DNA from: Lama glama
Taxonomy: Eukaryota
DNA: 64,000 nucleotides
Assembly: GCA_028534125.1 (NCBI GenBank)
Contig: CM052817.1
Coordinates: 4,590,001 to 4,654,000, forward strand
Reading direction: 5' to 3'
Positions 1 through 13,900 of the stretch are shown here, in pieces. How positions within the stretch are numbered: the first letter of the stretch is position 1; the number at the start of each line of letters is the position of its first letter. The position numbers were made by a program, and so were the translations under genes. The notes under the pieces are model-generated. The model was given only the letters and a program-made list of their open reading frames with translations. It did not search any database and had not been told where the DNA came from.

Positions 1-1919
1 TCAAATGTTTATTCACCAAATGACCACACTTCACGTTTCTTAAGTGCCCTCTCGCTGCCGGCAGCCTAAGCAAAGGACAGGCTGAATCGTGTCGCCTTCA
101 GCACAGTCTTGGCGGACAGATTGTACTTTTAAACCCCTCCATTTCATGGATGGGGAAACTGAGGCACACCTAGGTCAGGTAGTCTGTCCGAGGTCACATG
201 GCTAGTGTGTCAGGGTCCCCAGACCACCCGCAGGTTCAGTGGTTCCCCAGGAGGACTCACAGCGCAGCACGTGTGGTTGTACCAGGCTGGTTTATCACAG
301 AGAAAGGATGCAAAGCAGAGTCGGCAAGAGCACAGGCACGTGGGGCGAGGTCTGGAGGGTACCAGGTGCAGGCTTCCAGAGTCTTCTCCCAGTAGAGGCA
401 CGCAGGACATGCTTCATCCCTCAGGCGTCAAGTTGTGACAACATATGTGAAGTGCCGTTCCATTCCCAGGGAAGCTCAGGAGAGTCCCCAGGATTTGTCC
501 TGGGAGTTGGGCGCAAGGGCATCCTCTGCCTGGCACATCCCAGGACTCCAGACTCTCCGAAGGACCGCAGGTGTTCAGCGTAAATCACATCGTTTGCACA
601 ACAGTTTAGGCCTCGTGAGCTGCTTTTATCGGGATGGTGCGAACCCTTCGAAATTCCGGTTCCCAGATGCCAGCTAAGACCCAGCCTTGGGAGCAGCCCT
701 TCCAAGGGATGGAAGTCTTGAGCCTGCTGTGTGAGCCTTTCTGCACAGGTAGTGTTAGAACAGGATTTAACCCAGGCGCTTTGGCTCCAGTGGGCCACAC
801 TGTCTCCCACAGAGTCAATTTCTTGCCCAGAAAAGGTGGGAACAAAACCAGAGTTAAGCACACGGGCAGATGATTCTCCTGGCTGATCTGGGAGCTCCTG
901 CCGTGTGGCACCGTGTCTGATTCATTCCTGCTTCCTCCTCTGTGCCTGACACTGTGGGTGGCACACGACAGGTAGAGATCCCTTGATTGAGTTGATTGTC
1001 ATCAGTGTCATCAGTGATTGCCCTGCAGTGGAGGAGATGGCTGGTCGCTGCGTGACTGCAATAAAGGTCAGAGAACGTTCATTTAATCAGTATTTATGAG
1101 CCCTTCCTCTGGGCCCCAGACCCGCTCACGTAGATGGAGAGGAACCATTCCCAGGACTTCGGGGTGTCTCCAGCTCGCACGCTGCCTGCAGAAGAACAGG
1201 AATAGGTTTCTCTGGGCTGCGGACCCAGGGCTGCAAGGCTTGGCAGCGGAGCAGTGGGCTGGATGTGAGCCCCACTGGCCCCTGGGCCAGGTGACCTCTG
1301 CCTGTGGACCACGTTCAAGGAGGTCACTGAGGGGGAAGTTTTGTGTGTGACCTTGGGCACAGTGCTTACCTCCGTGGGTCTCAGTTTCTTAGCTGTAAAA
1401 TGAGAATAATAGTAGTTCCCGTTTCAAAGTCAAAGGTGCAGGTAGAGCAGTCAGCACAGGGCCTGGCCTCCTGTGAGTGCTCAGTAAATGTCGCCGGTAT
1501 TATTACACAAGCACACAACACCGCTGTGCGAGGGTTCCGTGTGAATTGTGAATGAACGTTATGTATCAGGGTCTTAAGCCTAAGTTCCCATGAGGGCTGC
1601 ACAGGTGCTCCCAGTGTGGGAGTCAGGCCCAGGCAAGATTCTAGGGCGTTGTGGAGTCTGGGGCAGCCTGGAGACTCAGCTCGCCCATCACCCACCATTC
1701 CTCCCCCAACACTGAGATGTTAAACCAGGGGAAAAAAGGCCAAACAGTGCACATCAACTGTGGCTGAATTTGTGAGGTTGTGACCCAACAAATAATCAGA
1801 AGTGCTGGGGATACTGACAAGAGAGACGGGCTGCTGGGTGGGCTGGCTGGATGGCAGGCCTCCCGGAGGAGGTAAGAATTCAGCTGGATCTTGAAGGACT
1901 TCATTAAAGATGGAGGAGA

Positions 1920-2001
1920 GATGTGTGTAACTGCATCGCTTTGCTGTACACATGAAACTAACACAAATAGACTGTACTTCAGTGAAAAATAAGAATTAAA
2001 A
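1920..2001 (+). mobile_element. Extremely 5'-truncated LINE-1 3' end with target-site duplication
   Basis: L1 3'UTR-like text (ctttgctgtacacatgaaactaacaca) plus A-rich tail, flanked by aaagatggaggaga (1906-1919) and aaagatgaaggaga (2002-2015) at a TT|AAAG site. Confidence 0.75.
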
Positions 2002-2719
2002 AAAGATGAAGGAGAAGTTCCTGAAATACGCAGCTGAAGATCTGACATCAAGGTTAAGCCTATTTGACTGTGGGTTGGACGTGAACCGAGATAGACTGGA
2101 TGCATGCACAGTGCCTAGTACCACTAAGGACGTGAAAGGACGCAGCAAGGCCCTTGCCAGCTGTAGCATATATTCTAGCAGGGCTGACGTGGGCGCCTGC
2201 AAAGCCAGCATCATTATGCTAGGGAAGTGTGACAGTGGTGAGTAGCGGGAGCTCGGCGGCAGGGTAGGCACTCCTCCGACACTTTCATCAAGCAGTTAGA
2301 AAACACAAAGTAAAGACATTAAGTTATCCGTCGTGTAAATTGGGGTCTGCAACACTTGGAAGAGACCCCATCAACTCCTTAATTTATTATTAATTTCTTG
2401 CCAGTGAAAGTTACATATGTCCACTAAGGCCCCAAAAAGTCTTCTTACTCTTTCTGTGTCCTGGATGAATGGAGTCTCTTTGAGAGGAAAATAATCTCTC
2501 CACCTCTTGCTGGACATTGAGTTCAGGCAGTCCGGGGAACTGGACTTCCCTCCAGCTGGGCACTGTGCCAGGTACCAGGGAGCAGGCCGTCATACTCCGC
2601 TACAAGGATCTGGATCTAATCAAGAGAGGGACATTTAAACCAATTGTTGCATCACCCAAATTCATTTAGAATGTGGTTCCGGTAATAATCATAGTGGAAT
2701 TTTGCAGAAGGATGTGATC

Positions 2720-3260
2720 AAATCATAGTTTCACCTGAAAATATAAATTTAGGAAGCTGGATGAGACCATTTTGAAATGAAGAGTAATGTGGAAGGATTT
2801 GCCCTAGCAGATTGAAAAAAATCAGAAAGCTACATTAATGCTGTAGGTATAATGGTCCCGCAAGAAAAGTCAGACCAGTGGAACGAAGTAGAACTTCTAC
2901 GTGTATGTATGTGATAAAATGCTATTTCAATCAATGGGAGGAGAATGTTTCACTCATGAATTTGGAGGCAACTGACTGGATCTTTTGAAAGAAAAATGAA
3001 GATGAATTCCCTAAACAGATTTAAATCTAAATAGACAGAACAGTTTGTGGAAAGTAAATATTGGTTAACACGCTATGAAAAAAAACCATGGAGGAAAATC
3101 ATGGATTTGAGGACACAAATAGTTGAAAACTTCACATTTGAAAACAGCACTGGGAATGGGAAGTGGCAAACTTGGGAAACTATTTGCAACACACACTAAA
3201 AAGGATTAAAGTCTTTAATATAGAAAGAGCTTGTATTAGTTACGAAGATAAAGAATGCCT
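2720..3260 (+). mobile_element. Old degenerate LINE-1 ORF2 fragment (L1M-type)
   Basis: A-rich text resembling the 3' part of ORF2 (ggatttgccctagcagatt..., aaactatttgcaacacacac...). Boundaries approximate. Confidence 0.5.
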
Positions 3261-5859
3261 CAGAACATAGCTATGTATGGTGTTAGAATTTCTCAAATAC
3301 GAGGATTTACAATGTGTGCCCTTGAGCACAGTGGAGAGAGCATGCAACTCTGTGGGTGGAAGCATGTGGCTTTGAGTTTGACTCGCAGGGTGGGAGGCAT
3401 ATCACACCTGCCTTCTAGGGGTCACGTCTTGTTTGGATGAGTGCACCAGCCTCCTGCCCGTCCAGCCCTGCTCCCCTCCAGCCCATTGTTCTCACTGCAA
3501 TAACCTTTTTGAAACACCAACCTGCTCACTTTCTGTTCTGGAGGGGCTCCCTATTGCCTGCTAGAAGAAGGATTCAGCGTCCACCAGGAAAGGGGGCCTC
3601 TGCTGGCTCCCTGTGCTGTGGGATTCCAGTGTTTTCCACGTCGCTCTGATCTTCTCTTACTTGTCCTCTGGGCAGCTTGTAAACATCCTGCAGGACCCTG
3701 ACCAACTTTCTCCACTTCTGATTGCTCTGCATCCCCAAGGCATGCTCCTGGCGCCCCTGGCTGGAAGCCCATGACATTGGGACGTCTGATACACCTTGTC
3801 ACTCTGTGACTATTCCCCTGGTTGACACTTAATACATTTTGTTGACCTCAGAATAGAATTTTTGCTGAGGGAGAGACTTTAAACACACAGTTTTACTTCC
3901 TCCTTTGAGAGTAAAACACTCAGGTCCTTAGAGACTCTGGGAACTGGCCAAGGTCCTGAAGCTTGGTGACAGCATTGCGGAATGGAATCCTGCTGTGCGG
4001 TTTGTTCTGTAATCGAAGCCTTGTTCACTAGGTTGTAACTTACCAGCTCTATTAGTAAGGGTGATTGTCTCCACTGGTGGTTACCTCCAAGCTCTCGCTC
4101 TTGCTGGAATTGTCCGTCTTTGCCCTCAGAGCTGCCCTTCAAAGGCTGTGGGACAAGGGTCAGCAAGTCACTGACCCTTCTGCTTCTTCAACAAGAATTT
4201 CAGCTAAATCGCTCCTAAAATCTCTTCCAGGGAAATCATTCTGTGTGATGTCCCCTTCAAACTCTTTCTGTTTGGGAAGGGGTGAGATTTAATATATGTC
4301 CATGTGGACATAAACAGCCTCTCTAAACACAGAGACAGACAGATAAGATAGCATTACCTCATGTCCCCACCTCCAGACAGAACAATTGGTAACATGGTGG
4401 TTTCTTGCCTTCCTCAAGTCTGTGAATATATTTATTACATAATTGAAGCCAAACTGTATAAACAATTTTTCCTCATGCTTTTGTAACTTGTTATTGGATT
4501 TTAAGCATTTAAAGCATTTCTTTTGAAATTTTTTTTGAGAGGGTGGGTCTGGCATCACTCTTCCTAAACTCAGTGGTGGAACTCATCAAAGGAATCTGCT
4601 GCCAGCTAATGTGTGATTAAAGGGGTGTTAGTGACGGCTGAGTCTTTTTCAGAGACAAGATGGAAAGTTAGCAGGGGTAAGAAAGCTGGGGTCCCTGAGC
4701 CACCTCTTTTTCTTTATTCTTAGATAATGAAATTTAAGGTTAAACGGGCTCTTTGAAGTCTGTACTTACAATGATTATCAGTGGAATTTGTCTGCAAGAT
4801 TTTTGCCCTCATTTTACAAATGAGGAAACTTCAGCTTAGAGAGAGGGAGGCTCGGGGTCCCACAGTGTGGTAGGGGGCAGAGCTGAGAGCTGAACCCCAG
4901 CTAGGGCCTCGGTCCATGGTCTTTACGAGTATGTCCTACTGCTTCTGACAGCCTTGTTTCTTGTCTTCGTCATTTCTCCCTTGGCTGTGACACCCAGGGT
5001 TATCCTCCAGACTGAAGTCACACAGTAGCCAGATTTCTTTTTCTAAAATACTGGTCTTACTGTGTTACTTCCTGGCTTAGAACCTTGCAGTGATCCCCGC
5101 CTCCCCAGCCTCCTCTAGAAAGCCCTTTGGGACTCAGGCTGTGTCTCTTGCCACCTGCATGTCCCATTCATGCCATTCCCTCTGCTTGGCTGACCCTGCT
5201 CCTGGTCTGGCTTGTTGTCCTCTGCCCATGGGTCACCTCTTGGAAGGTCTTCTTTGTCCTTTGAGCCAGTTTAGAGGTTGCACCTCCTCCCACCTTGCCC
5301 CCAGCCTCACGTCACCCCAGCCTGCGTGCCTAGCCATTCCTCCATAGGACGCTGAGCTCCTTGGAGCGGAGACCAGGTCTCTTTCCTCCTTGTCTCTCCC
5401 ATGCTTGGCACTGGGCTCATCGAATCCATGAATTAACTTGATGTCACAGAAAGTCACCACCACATGCAAACATCAAGTCAAACCTGCAAGCCATTGTGAT
5501 GTAGCCACTTAATAGAGAGTTTTAGCCAGATGCGATGATAGAGAAGCTTGGTTTTGCACATGTGAAGTGTGAGTTCTGAATTTAAAGCATAGTTTGAAAG
5601 ATCAGAAAGGAAGTACTTGGTCTCTGGTGAAAGTTCGATAAAGATGTTGATAGTTAAACAGTTTTGATGGGACTGTGAAGGCATTTGGCCAGAGACTCAG
5701 GAATTCTAAAACTCTGCCCTGCTAGTCACTCACCACAAAAGGATGAGCGGTGTGCTCAGGGTGGGAACCAAAATGTTCACAGTGGCACCGGCGCCTGGTG
5801 GGCCCATGCAGGGCAACAGGTAAAAGGCCAGGCTGGAGTCTGGGGAGGCAGCTGTAGCG

Positions 5860-6250
5860 TGGAGGCTGCTCACCTGAAGTGCTGGGTGTGAATCCTGGGT
5901 CTGCTACTTAACAGCTCTGTGGCCTTGGGCCATCTGTTTAATTTATTTGTACTTTGGCACAATAATTTGAAAGTATGGATTAAAATAGTGCCCACTTTAT
6001 AATGTGGTCATGGGGAGTAAATGGATAATGTGTGTAAAGCACAGCAGACACCCGGTAAACACTCCTGATTAAATAGATGAGCCGAGCTTTGCACGGGGCC
6101 CCTCCGCCTTAGGGTGTTGTTTAATCTCTGTGCTGTGGGGTATTTTTAGCCCCATATTACAGATGAGAGAACCGAGGTTCCCAGAAGTCAAGTCAGTTGC
6201 CCAGAGCATCGCAGCTATTTGATAGAAGAGGCATTTCCATTCAGGTCTAA
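5860..6250. mobile_element. Two MIR SINE fragments in opposite orientation
   Basis: gaatcctgggtctgctacttaacagctctgtggccttggg, and cccatattacagatgagagaaccgagg, MIR core motifs. Confidence 0.6.
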
Positions 6251-6336
6251 ACGATTTGCAATGCAGAGCTGTTTTTATTTTTGCTCAAAATGTCTTTGGG
6301 AGAATTTAAGGAGTTGATTGTTGTGAAAGCGTCAAC

Positions 6337-6500
6337 CCAGGGGTTCTCAAAGTGTCTGGTTCCCAGACAAGCAGACGGCAGCATCCCCTGGCAACTTGCC
6401 AGCAACACCGCTTCTCAGTTCCTGCCCCGGGTCTAGTGACTCAGAAACTCCGAAGGTGGGCCCGGCGATTCGTGTTGCCACAGACTCTTCAGATAAGTGG
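6337..6500. mobile_element. MER5A-like hAT MITE
   Basis: caggggttctcaaagtg...cagcatcccctggcaacttg...tcagaaactc. Confidence 0.55.
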
Positions 6501-7294
6501 TGTGAGCTCCAGTGCGAGCCCACGGCCTGACCCATCCCGAGTGCTTAGCAAGATGGCAGCTGCTGCCGTCATTGGCACCACGTTCCAGATCCCCCAGAAC
6601 TGGTGGAGGGAGGGGCAGATGGGTAGTGTCTAGAGCATCTTGCTTCTCACAGTTGTTTTTTGCTGCCGGCCACTCCTGGCCCATCCGTGGACTCACCCTA
6701 GGCCCAGGCTGTTGCTGATTGGGGCCCAGAGGAAGCCTTCGAGGAGAGGGAAGTAGGCAGCACACGTCAAAGTAAGCTCATGTGAGCTCTGGAGTCCACC
6801 GTGCCTGGTCGTTCATTGGGTTGCCTGGCAGCTGGCCTGCCTCTCTCTGCCTGTGTGGTGCTCCCCCCACCACGTGCATCCTTCAGAGTGATCCTGAGGT
6901 CCAGAGTGGGCCACATCTCCCAGGGAAATAGCATCTGCAGATTTCTGCCCGACTTGAAATATTTCACAGATACTTTGTGCTGCCTTAGGTTTGTTACGTA
7001 TTTGAGTTGGGAATTTAACCTTCCTGAGTGCCTGTGTTGTGCCAGCCTTGGGGTGGATGGTCCTACTGTGTGCATACCTCCATGTTCAGCTCCTTGAAGT
7101 ATTTGCCCCATTTAACTCAGGCCCAGAGAGGCCCAATGATGGTCTCAAGGTGACCAGCTAGTAGGTGGCAGAGCCCAGTCCAAACCCAGGTGGGTCTCGC
7201 TAACTGTTTGTTCCACTTTCCCTTAGTCACAACTTGATTTGAGAGATGGAAGGCATGACCACGAACAAACTCTCTCTGCCTCTTATCCCCGTAG

Positions 7295-7429
7295 GTCCTG
7301 CCAAACCATGGCCTCCATGCAGCCGGGTTCTTCGTGGCCTTCATCCTCTCCCTTGTGCTGACCTGGGCTGCGCTTTTCTTCATGGTTCGATATCGGTGTT
7401 TGAAGGGAAGCCTGCTTACCAGACATCAG
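7295..7429 (+). CDS. EVC2: EVC2 internal exon (human exon 8 equivalent), includes the transmembrane helix
   Basis: ccccgtAG acceptor, cag|GTggga donor, 135 nt, phase 0-0. Translates VLPNHGLHAAGFFVAFILSLVLTWAALFFMVRYRCLKGSLLTRHQ, matching recalled human EVC2 VLPHHGLHAAGFFIAFLLSLVLTWAALFLMVRY. Confidence 0.95.
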
Positions 7430-8154
7430 GTGGGAATCCACGTGCATCTTCTTCCTGGATGGTGGTTGGCTGGTGGTAGACGTGGGGTGGAAGTTTATCC
7501 TTCAGTTCAGTGGGTTTCAAGTCTGGACAGATGCCGGAATCCCCAGGGGAGCCGCAGAGGCGCGCTCAGACTGAGGTCCTCCTGCAGAGGTCTGACCGCT
7601 TTGTCCTGGGTGCATCCCCATCCTTAGTAGTTTTTAAAAGCTCCCTGGATGATCCTAACGTGACCAGGACGGAGAACCCCTGCATTCTGGCCGAGTCACT
7701 GAGCACCCACCTGTGTGGCCCGCTTTGTATTCATGCCACATCCTGATTCAGGCCCTGGTCCACACTGTCCTCTGAAAAGACTTTGAAGACTCACTTCATC
7801 CTCAGGGTGAAGCCCAGACTCCTTAGCACGGCTCATAAGGAAAGCCTCCTGTGGTCCAGCCTCACATGTCAACATCCTGCTCTACCCATGACTGGGTGTC
7901 CCCGAGACCCCCGAGCTCTCCACAGTCACCTCGGATGCTTTTTCAATCCTCTCTCTGCTCGTCAACAAGCAGAACTCTGACACATCCTTTAAGACTCATC
8001 TTGGACTTTGCCCCTCCCTGGACATCATTACTGGCCATCTCCTGGCTGAGTTAGGGGCCCTCTCTCTGGGTCCCTGCGCTAGCTTCTGGACCCCACGCAG
8101 CGTTTATCCTAATGTATTAGGCCCATCTGTGAACTCCTCGATCTCGGCTTTCCT

Positions 8155-8600
8155 GTCTTGCTCTGGGTTCCCACAGAAGCACATCCTGAGACCAGGATCC
8201 ACATACAAATATTTCCTATGGGGAAGTGATCCCAGGAAATAATGAGAGGGGTGGGGGAGTGAGGCCGAAAGGGAAGGCAGCCAATCAAGCCATGACTGTG
8301 GGCACCCGAGCTTCATCCCCCATGGGAATGGAACACTGGGGCCAGTGTAGATCTAGCTTTGGCATCAGCCCACCTAAAGGGAGATGGAGCTGGGGGACTC
8401 AGCCATCAGATCCCACTGGTCGTTGGTTGAGAACAAGAGAGCGAGGGGGCCAAGCCAAAGGGTGATGTTATTCCCCCGGCATGGGCTCTGAAGGCCAGCA
8501 GGAGCCTTCAGGGAAGGAAGCGTAGGTATTGGCTGGTGGATCTTGGGTGAGAGCGCACTGAGTGGCGAGGGTGAGGGGACGTGGCTGGAGGACGGATGGT
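8155..8600 (-). mobile_element. Old ERVL LTR (LTR33/LTR16-like)
   Basis: gggttcccacagaagcacatcctgagaccaggat...ggaagtgatcccaggaa resembles this family. Ends approximate. Confidence 0.5.
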
Positions 8601-9744
8601 GGCTGCGATATTCCATCACCTGGTACAGAGCCCGGTGCTTAGAAGGCATTCGATGAATGTGTGAAGGAATGAATGCACCCTCGGCCAATCACTGATGGAC
8701 AGATAGAGGAGGGTGAGAAGGCTGAGGGGAGTGAGCCCCTGGTTGGGCTGCTCCGTCCTGCAGGGCCACCGGGGCTCAGCTGCTGCGATGCAGTGTCAGC
8801 CAGAGGTCCAGCACCGCCTTGAAAGGAGCATCTGTTACCTTTCTCCCTCCCTGGATGGTGAGGGAACTGAAGCCCCTGAAGTTAAACAACCTGCTTCAAG
8901 TGTGAGCGTAGGCTGGGACCTGTCTTCTGAGGAGCACCTGCCTCCCCGGAGGCTGGCAGTCCTGCCACCACCGCTCCTTTTGCCTCTGCTTCCTGGAGGA
9001 GAGAATTGTCATTTCAAAATGAGGTCAGGCCGCCCTCTCCTGGGCAGGCAAAAGGCTTTGAGGAAAAGGAAAATGGCCCAGCTAATGAGACATCCTGCTT
9101 CCTCTCCCAAAGCTGTTATCGATCACAGAGTAAAACTCACCCTGCTGTTTTGATGAAGGAACAAGGATTCATTGCTCGGAGATTAAAGGCTGATTGTTAC
9201 AACCGTGGGAGGAAAGCAGAGTGTGAATCTGATTTCAGGTCTGAAGACCCTTGTAGTAGTTTTTTTTCCTGCATCACAAAATGAACTCTTTTCACATTTA
9301 AAAGAATTTTTCCACTGCGGTGGTGATCGGTGGGGCCACGTGCTGTAAAACAGAAGATAGCCTTTAGAGGTAGGTAGACTTGGGATCAAACACCACCGAG
9401 GCTCTTTATGGGCTGTGTGAACTCAGATGATGTCATTTCATCAGTCTGAGCTGCAGTTCCCATACCTGTAAAGCAGGGGCGTCAGCACTTGTTTTGCGTG
9501 ACAATTTCATGATATAACACATACAAGGCACGGGGACAGGAATTCTTAAATGTGAGTATGATTGTCACCCATTTCTGCAGAGTTAATGATGTTGGTGCAA
9601 AACAGGTACATCGTCCATCCAGTCAGAGGGTTGAGCTTAATTATCTCTGATGGCACTTCCATCTTCCACATCTGTATTTTGATTAGAAACCCAGTCAGAT
9701 CCATGATGTTGAAGTTCATCTGCCAAATGTAATTTTCCCCTGCA

Positions 9745-9845
9745 CGATGATGGGGATACTGTTGGGGATGATCATGATGGTAATGGTGATGATGGTGGTG
9801 GTGATGATGATGGTGATAATAAGATGGCGGTGATGATGATGAAAT
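9745..9845. repeat. Degenerate (GAT/GGT)n trinucleotide repeat
   Basis: gatgatcatgatggtaatggtgatgatggtggtggtgatgatgatgg... Confidence 0.85.
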
Positions 9846-10122
9846 ATTTTTATTGGGTCTTTATAGTTACAAAGGTCTTCCCATCCATTGCTTTGTTTTA
9901 GCCACACAGCAAGCCTGTGCAAGGCTACCAGAATTGTGATCCTATTTCTCTGACAAGAAAATGAGGCTCAGCCAAGTGTCTTGCCTGAGTCTTGCCTGCT
10001 CACAAGTGCTGCGGCCAGCTAGGTTCTCTGCCTGGGGATCCCCACCTTCCTCCGTGACTTTCCCAGCCCATGAGCTTCCGAAGAAGAGCCACTCAATTGT
10101 TGTTTCTGAAATTCTCCTGCAG

Positions 10123-10262
10123 GGCCAGCATCACGAGAGCAAGCTGGAGCACTCCCAGTTCACCTCAGCGGATGGTGTGAATGAAGACCTTGCTCTGAAT
10201 GACCAAATGGTAGACATTCTGTCTTCAGAGGACCCCGGGAGCATGCTCCAAGCATTGGAAGA
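10123..10262 (+). CDS. EVC2: EVC2 exon 9 equivalent
   Basis: ctcctgcAG acceptor, ga|GTaaga donor, 140 nt, phase 0-2. GQHHESKLEHSQFTSADGVNEDLALNDQMVDILSSEDPGSMLQALE(E). Confidence 0.96.
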
Positions 10263-10914
10263 GTAAGAATTCCAGGTCTCATTATACTTCCACGGATATA
10301 ATGAGTGTTCTAACAACAGCAGTAGGAGAGCAAACACTGAGTGTCTTTCATCCGTTAACTCACTCCAGGAATCATTCATGTGTCATCAGCAGTCATAATC
10401 GAGTAACTGCCACGTGCTGAACACTATGCTTGGTATCTGAGAAAAGAGATAAGACATGGTTTGGGGAGGAGGTGATCTGACCTAGTGAGAACACATAAGC
10501 AGAAGTGACCACACAAGTCTGATGAACACCATGGTAAGACTGGGGCCAGCTGAGCCCAGGAGAAAAAGTAATTACCTCTGAGCTGCTCATGGAAATGCTT
10601 CCCAGAGGAAGAGAGATTTTCACTTATTCTTGAAGCATGAGCAGAAGCTTTCCTAGTAGATTAAGGGAAGGGAGGCTTTCAGGGCAGATCCCAAGATAGG
10701 AAATGAGCAAGACACATACATTTGGCCAAGTGTAAGTAGCTCAGTACGACTGATGTGTGGGTGGGGTGTTGAGTAGGACAGTGAAGTAGAGAAAGTGACA
10801 CCTGGAGGGAGAGGCCAGACCAGGAGATGTGATTTTGGCAAAACTGAATTCAGTTCTTTTTAATTTTTATTTTTTGTCTATTTATCTGTTTACTTTTAAG
10901 GATCATGATCTGAA

Positions 10915-13900
10915 TGTTTTTATTTTATTTTATTGTTTATGGGGGCAACACTGGTTTATAGCATTATGTAAGTTTCACATCCACAACATTATATTTCTAC
11001 TTCTGTATCCCCTACACTGCGCTCACCACCAAAAATTTAGTCTTCATCGGTTACAGGGGAGATGACCCCCTTTACCCATTCATCCCTCCTCCCCGCCCTT
11101 TCTTTGGTACCCACTATTCTGTTCTCTGAATCTACATGTTTGCTTTTGTTTGGCTTGGTTTATTCATTTATTTTGTGTTTTCGTTTGTTTGTTTTCTGTG
11201 TTCCACATATGAGTGCAATCATGTGGTATTTTCTTTCTCCATCTGACTTGTTTCACTTACTAATACCATCACGGTCCATCTATGTTGTTGCAAATGGCAA
11301 GACTTCATCTTTTGATGGCTGGGTAATGTTCCATTGTGTATATACATTTCTTCTTTATCTTTCGTCCGTTGATGGGCACAGAGGTAGCTTCCATAGCTTG
11401 GCAATTGCAAATAATGCTGCAGTGAGCATAAGGGTGCATATACCTTTTCAAATTAGTGTTTTCACATTCTTTGGATAAATACTCAGAAATGGGGTATATA
11501 TATCCAGTAGCTGGATCATCCGATAGGTCTAGTCTTATTTTTTTGAGGAATCTCCATAGTGTTTCCATAATGGCTGCAGCAACTTACATTCCCACCAGCA
11601 CTTGTTATGTCTTGCCTTTTGGATAACAGCTATTCTAACAGGCATGAGGTGATACCTCATCGTGGTTTTGATTTGCATTTCCATGATAACTAGTGATGTT
11701 GTTTTAGTGTGCCTGTTGGCTGTCTGTGTGTCTTCTTTGGAAAAATGTCTGTTCAGCTCCATCTATTTACCCATTGGGTTGTTTCATGTTGTTGTTGCTG
11801 AGTTGTATCAGTTCTTTATATTTTTGGATATTACCACGAATCAGATATAGTATTCAGAAATACCTTTAGATATGTTATTTGGAAATACCTTGTCTTTTCG
11901 TTTTACTGATGGTTTCCTTTGCTGTACAGAAGCTTTTTGGTTTGATGTAGTCCTATTTGTTTATTTTTGCTTTTGATTCCTTTGCCTGAGAGACATATCT
12001 AGACAGATGCTGCTGAGAACTGTGACCAAGAGTGTATTGCCTTTATTTTCTTCTAGGAGTTTTATAGTTTCAAGTCTTACAGGTAAGTCTTCAATCCATT
12101 TTGAGTTGATCTTGGTGTACGGTGTGAAATAGTGGTCTAGTTTCATTTTCTTCATGTGGTTGTCCAGCTTTCCTAACACCATTTATTGAAGAGACTGTCA
12201 TTTCTCCATTGTCTATTTTTTGCTCCTTTGTTGTGGATTAATTGTGCATATATGCATGGGTTTATTTCTGAGCTCTCAGTTCTGTTCCATTGATCTGTGT
12301 ATCTGTTTTTGTGCCAATACCATGCTGTTTTGATTACTATGGCTTTGTAATATAGTTTGAAATCAGGGCATGTGATACCTCCAGCTTTATTATTTATTTT
12401 CTCAGGATTGCTTTGGCTATTCAGCGTCTTTTGTAGTTCTACATAAATTAAAATTTTTTTGTTCTCTTTCTGTGAAAAATGCCCTTGGGGTTTTGATAGC
12501 AATTGCATTGAATCTCTAGATTAGGTAATATGAACATTAAAAATATCTCATTCCATCCATTAACATGGAATATTTTTCCATTTATTTGTGCCTTCTTCAA
12601 TTTCTTTCAGCAATATTTTATACTTTTCAGCATGCAGATCTTTCACCTCTTTGGTCAGATTCATTCCTAGGTATTTCATATTTTTTTGTTGCAACTGTAA
12701 ATGGAATTTTTAAAATTTCTCTTTCTGGTAGCTCATTGCTAGTGTGTAGAAGTGCAGCAGATTTTTGTAAGTTGATTTTGTATCCTGCAACTTTACTGTT
12801 TATTATTTCTTTTAGTTTTTTTGGTGGAGTCTTTAGTGTTTTCTATGTATATACTTATGTCATATGAAAATGGTGACAGTTTTAATTCTTTCTTTCTAAT
12901 TTGGATACCTTTAGTTTTTTCCTGCCTAATTCCTCTAGCTAGGACTTCAATACTGTGTTGAATAAGAGTGGTGAGAGTGGGCATCCATGGCTTGTTCCTG
13001 ATTTCAGAGGGACAGGTTTCAGTTTTTCACTGTTGAAGATGATGTTAGCTGTAGGTTCATCATATGTGGCCTTTATTATGTTGAGGTATGTTCCCCCTAC
13101 ACCCATTTTACTGAGAGATTTTATGATAAATAGATACTGAGTCTTGTCAAATGCCTTTTGTGCATCTATTAGATGATCAGATGATTTTTAGCCTTCATTT
13201 TGTTAGCGTGGTATATCACTTTGATTGATTTGAAGATGTTGAAGCATCTTTGCCTCCTTGGAATAAATCCCACTTAATATGGTGTATGATTCTTTTAACA
13301 TATTGTTTATTCAGTTTACTAATATTTTGTTGAGGATTTTTTCATCTATGTTCATGAGATACTGGCCTGTAATTTTCTTTTTTTGTGTTCTCTTTGTCTG
13401 CTTTTGGTATTAGTGTGATGTTGGCCTTCTAAAGTTAGGAAACATTCCCTCCTCTTTAGTGTTTTGGGAGAGTTTGATAAGATAGGTATTAAATCTTCTT
13501 TTAATGTTTGATAGAATTCACCTGTGAAGCCATCTGGTCCTGGACTTGTGTTTTGGAGGCTTTTTGATCACTATTTCAATCTCTGTACTAGTAAATGATC
13601 TATTCACATTTTCTATTTCTTCATAATTCAATTTTGAAAAGTTGTATGATTCTAAGAATTTGTCCAATTCTTCTTTGTCAAATTTGTTGTTGTACACCTG
13701 TCCATAATATTTTCTTATAATCCTCTGTATTTCTGTGGTGTCTGTTGTTATTTCTCTTCTTTCATATTTGATTTTATTTATCAGTGCTTTCTCTCTCTCT
13801 TTTTTAATCTAGCTAAAGGCTTGTCCACTTTATCTTCTCCAAGAACCATCTCTTAGTTTCATTAATTTTTGTCTTTTTAGTCTCTATTTCATTTATTTTC

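Noticed and set aside
1..7294. Upstream EVC2 exon (NRTQLKVLFSITAEENVT-like)
   Set aside because: No matching segment found by eye; it probably lies before the window.
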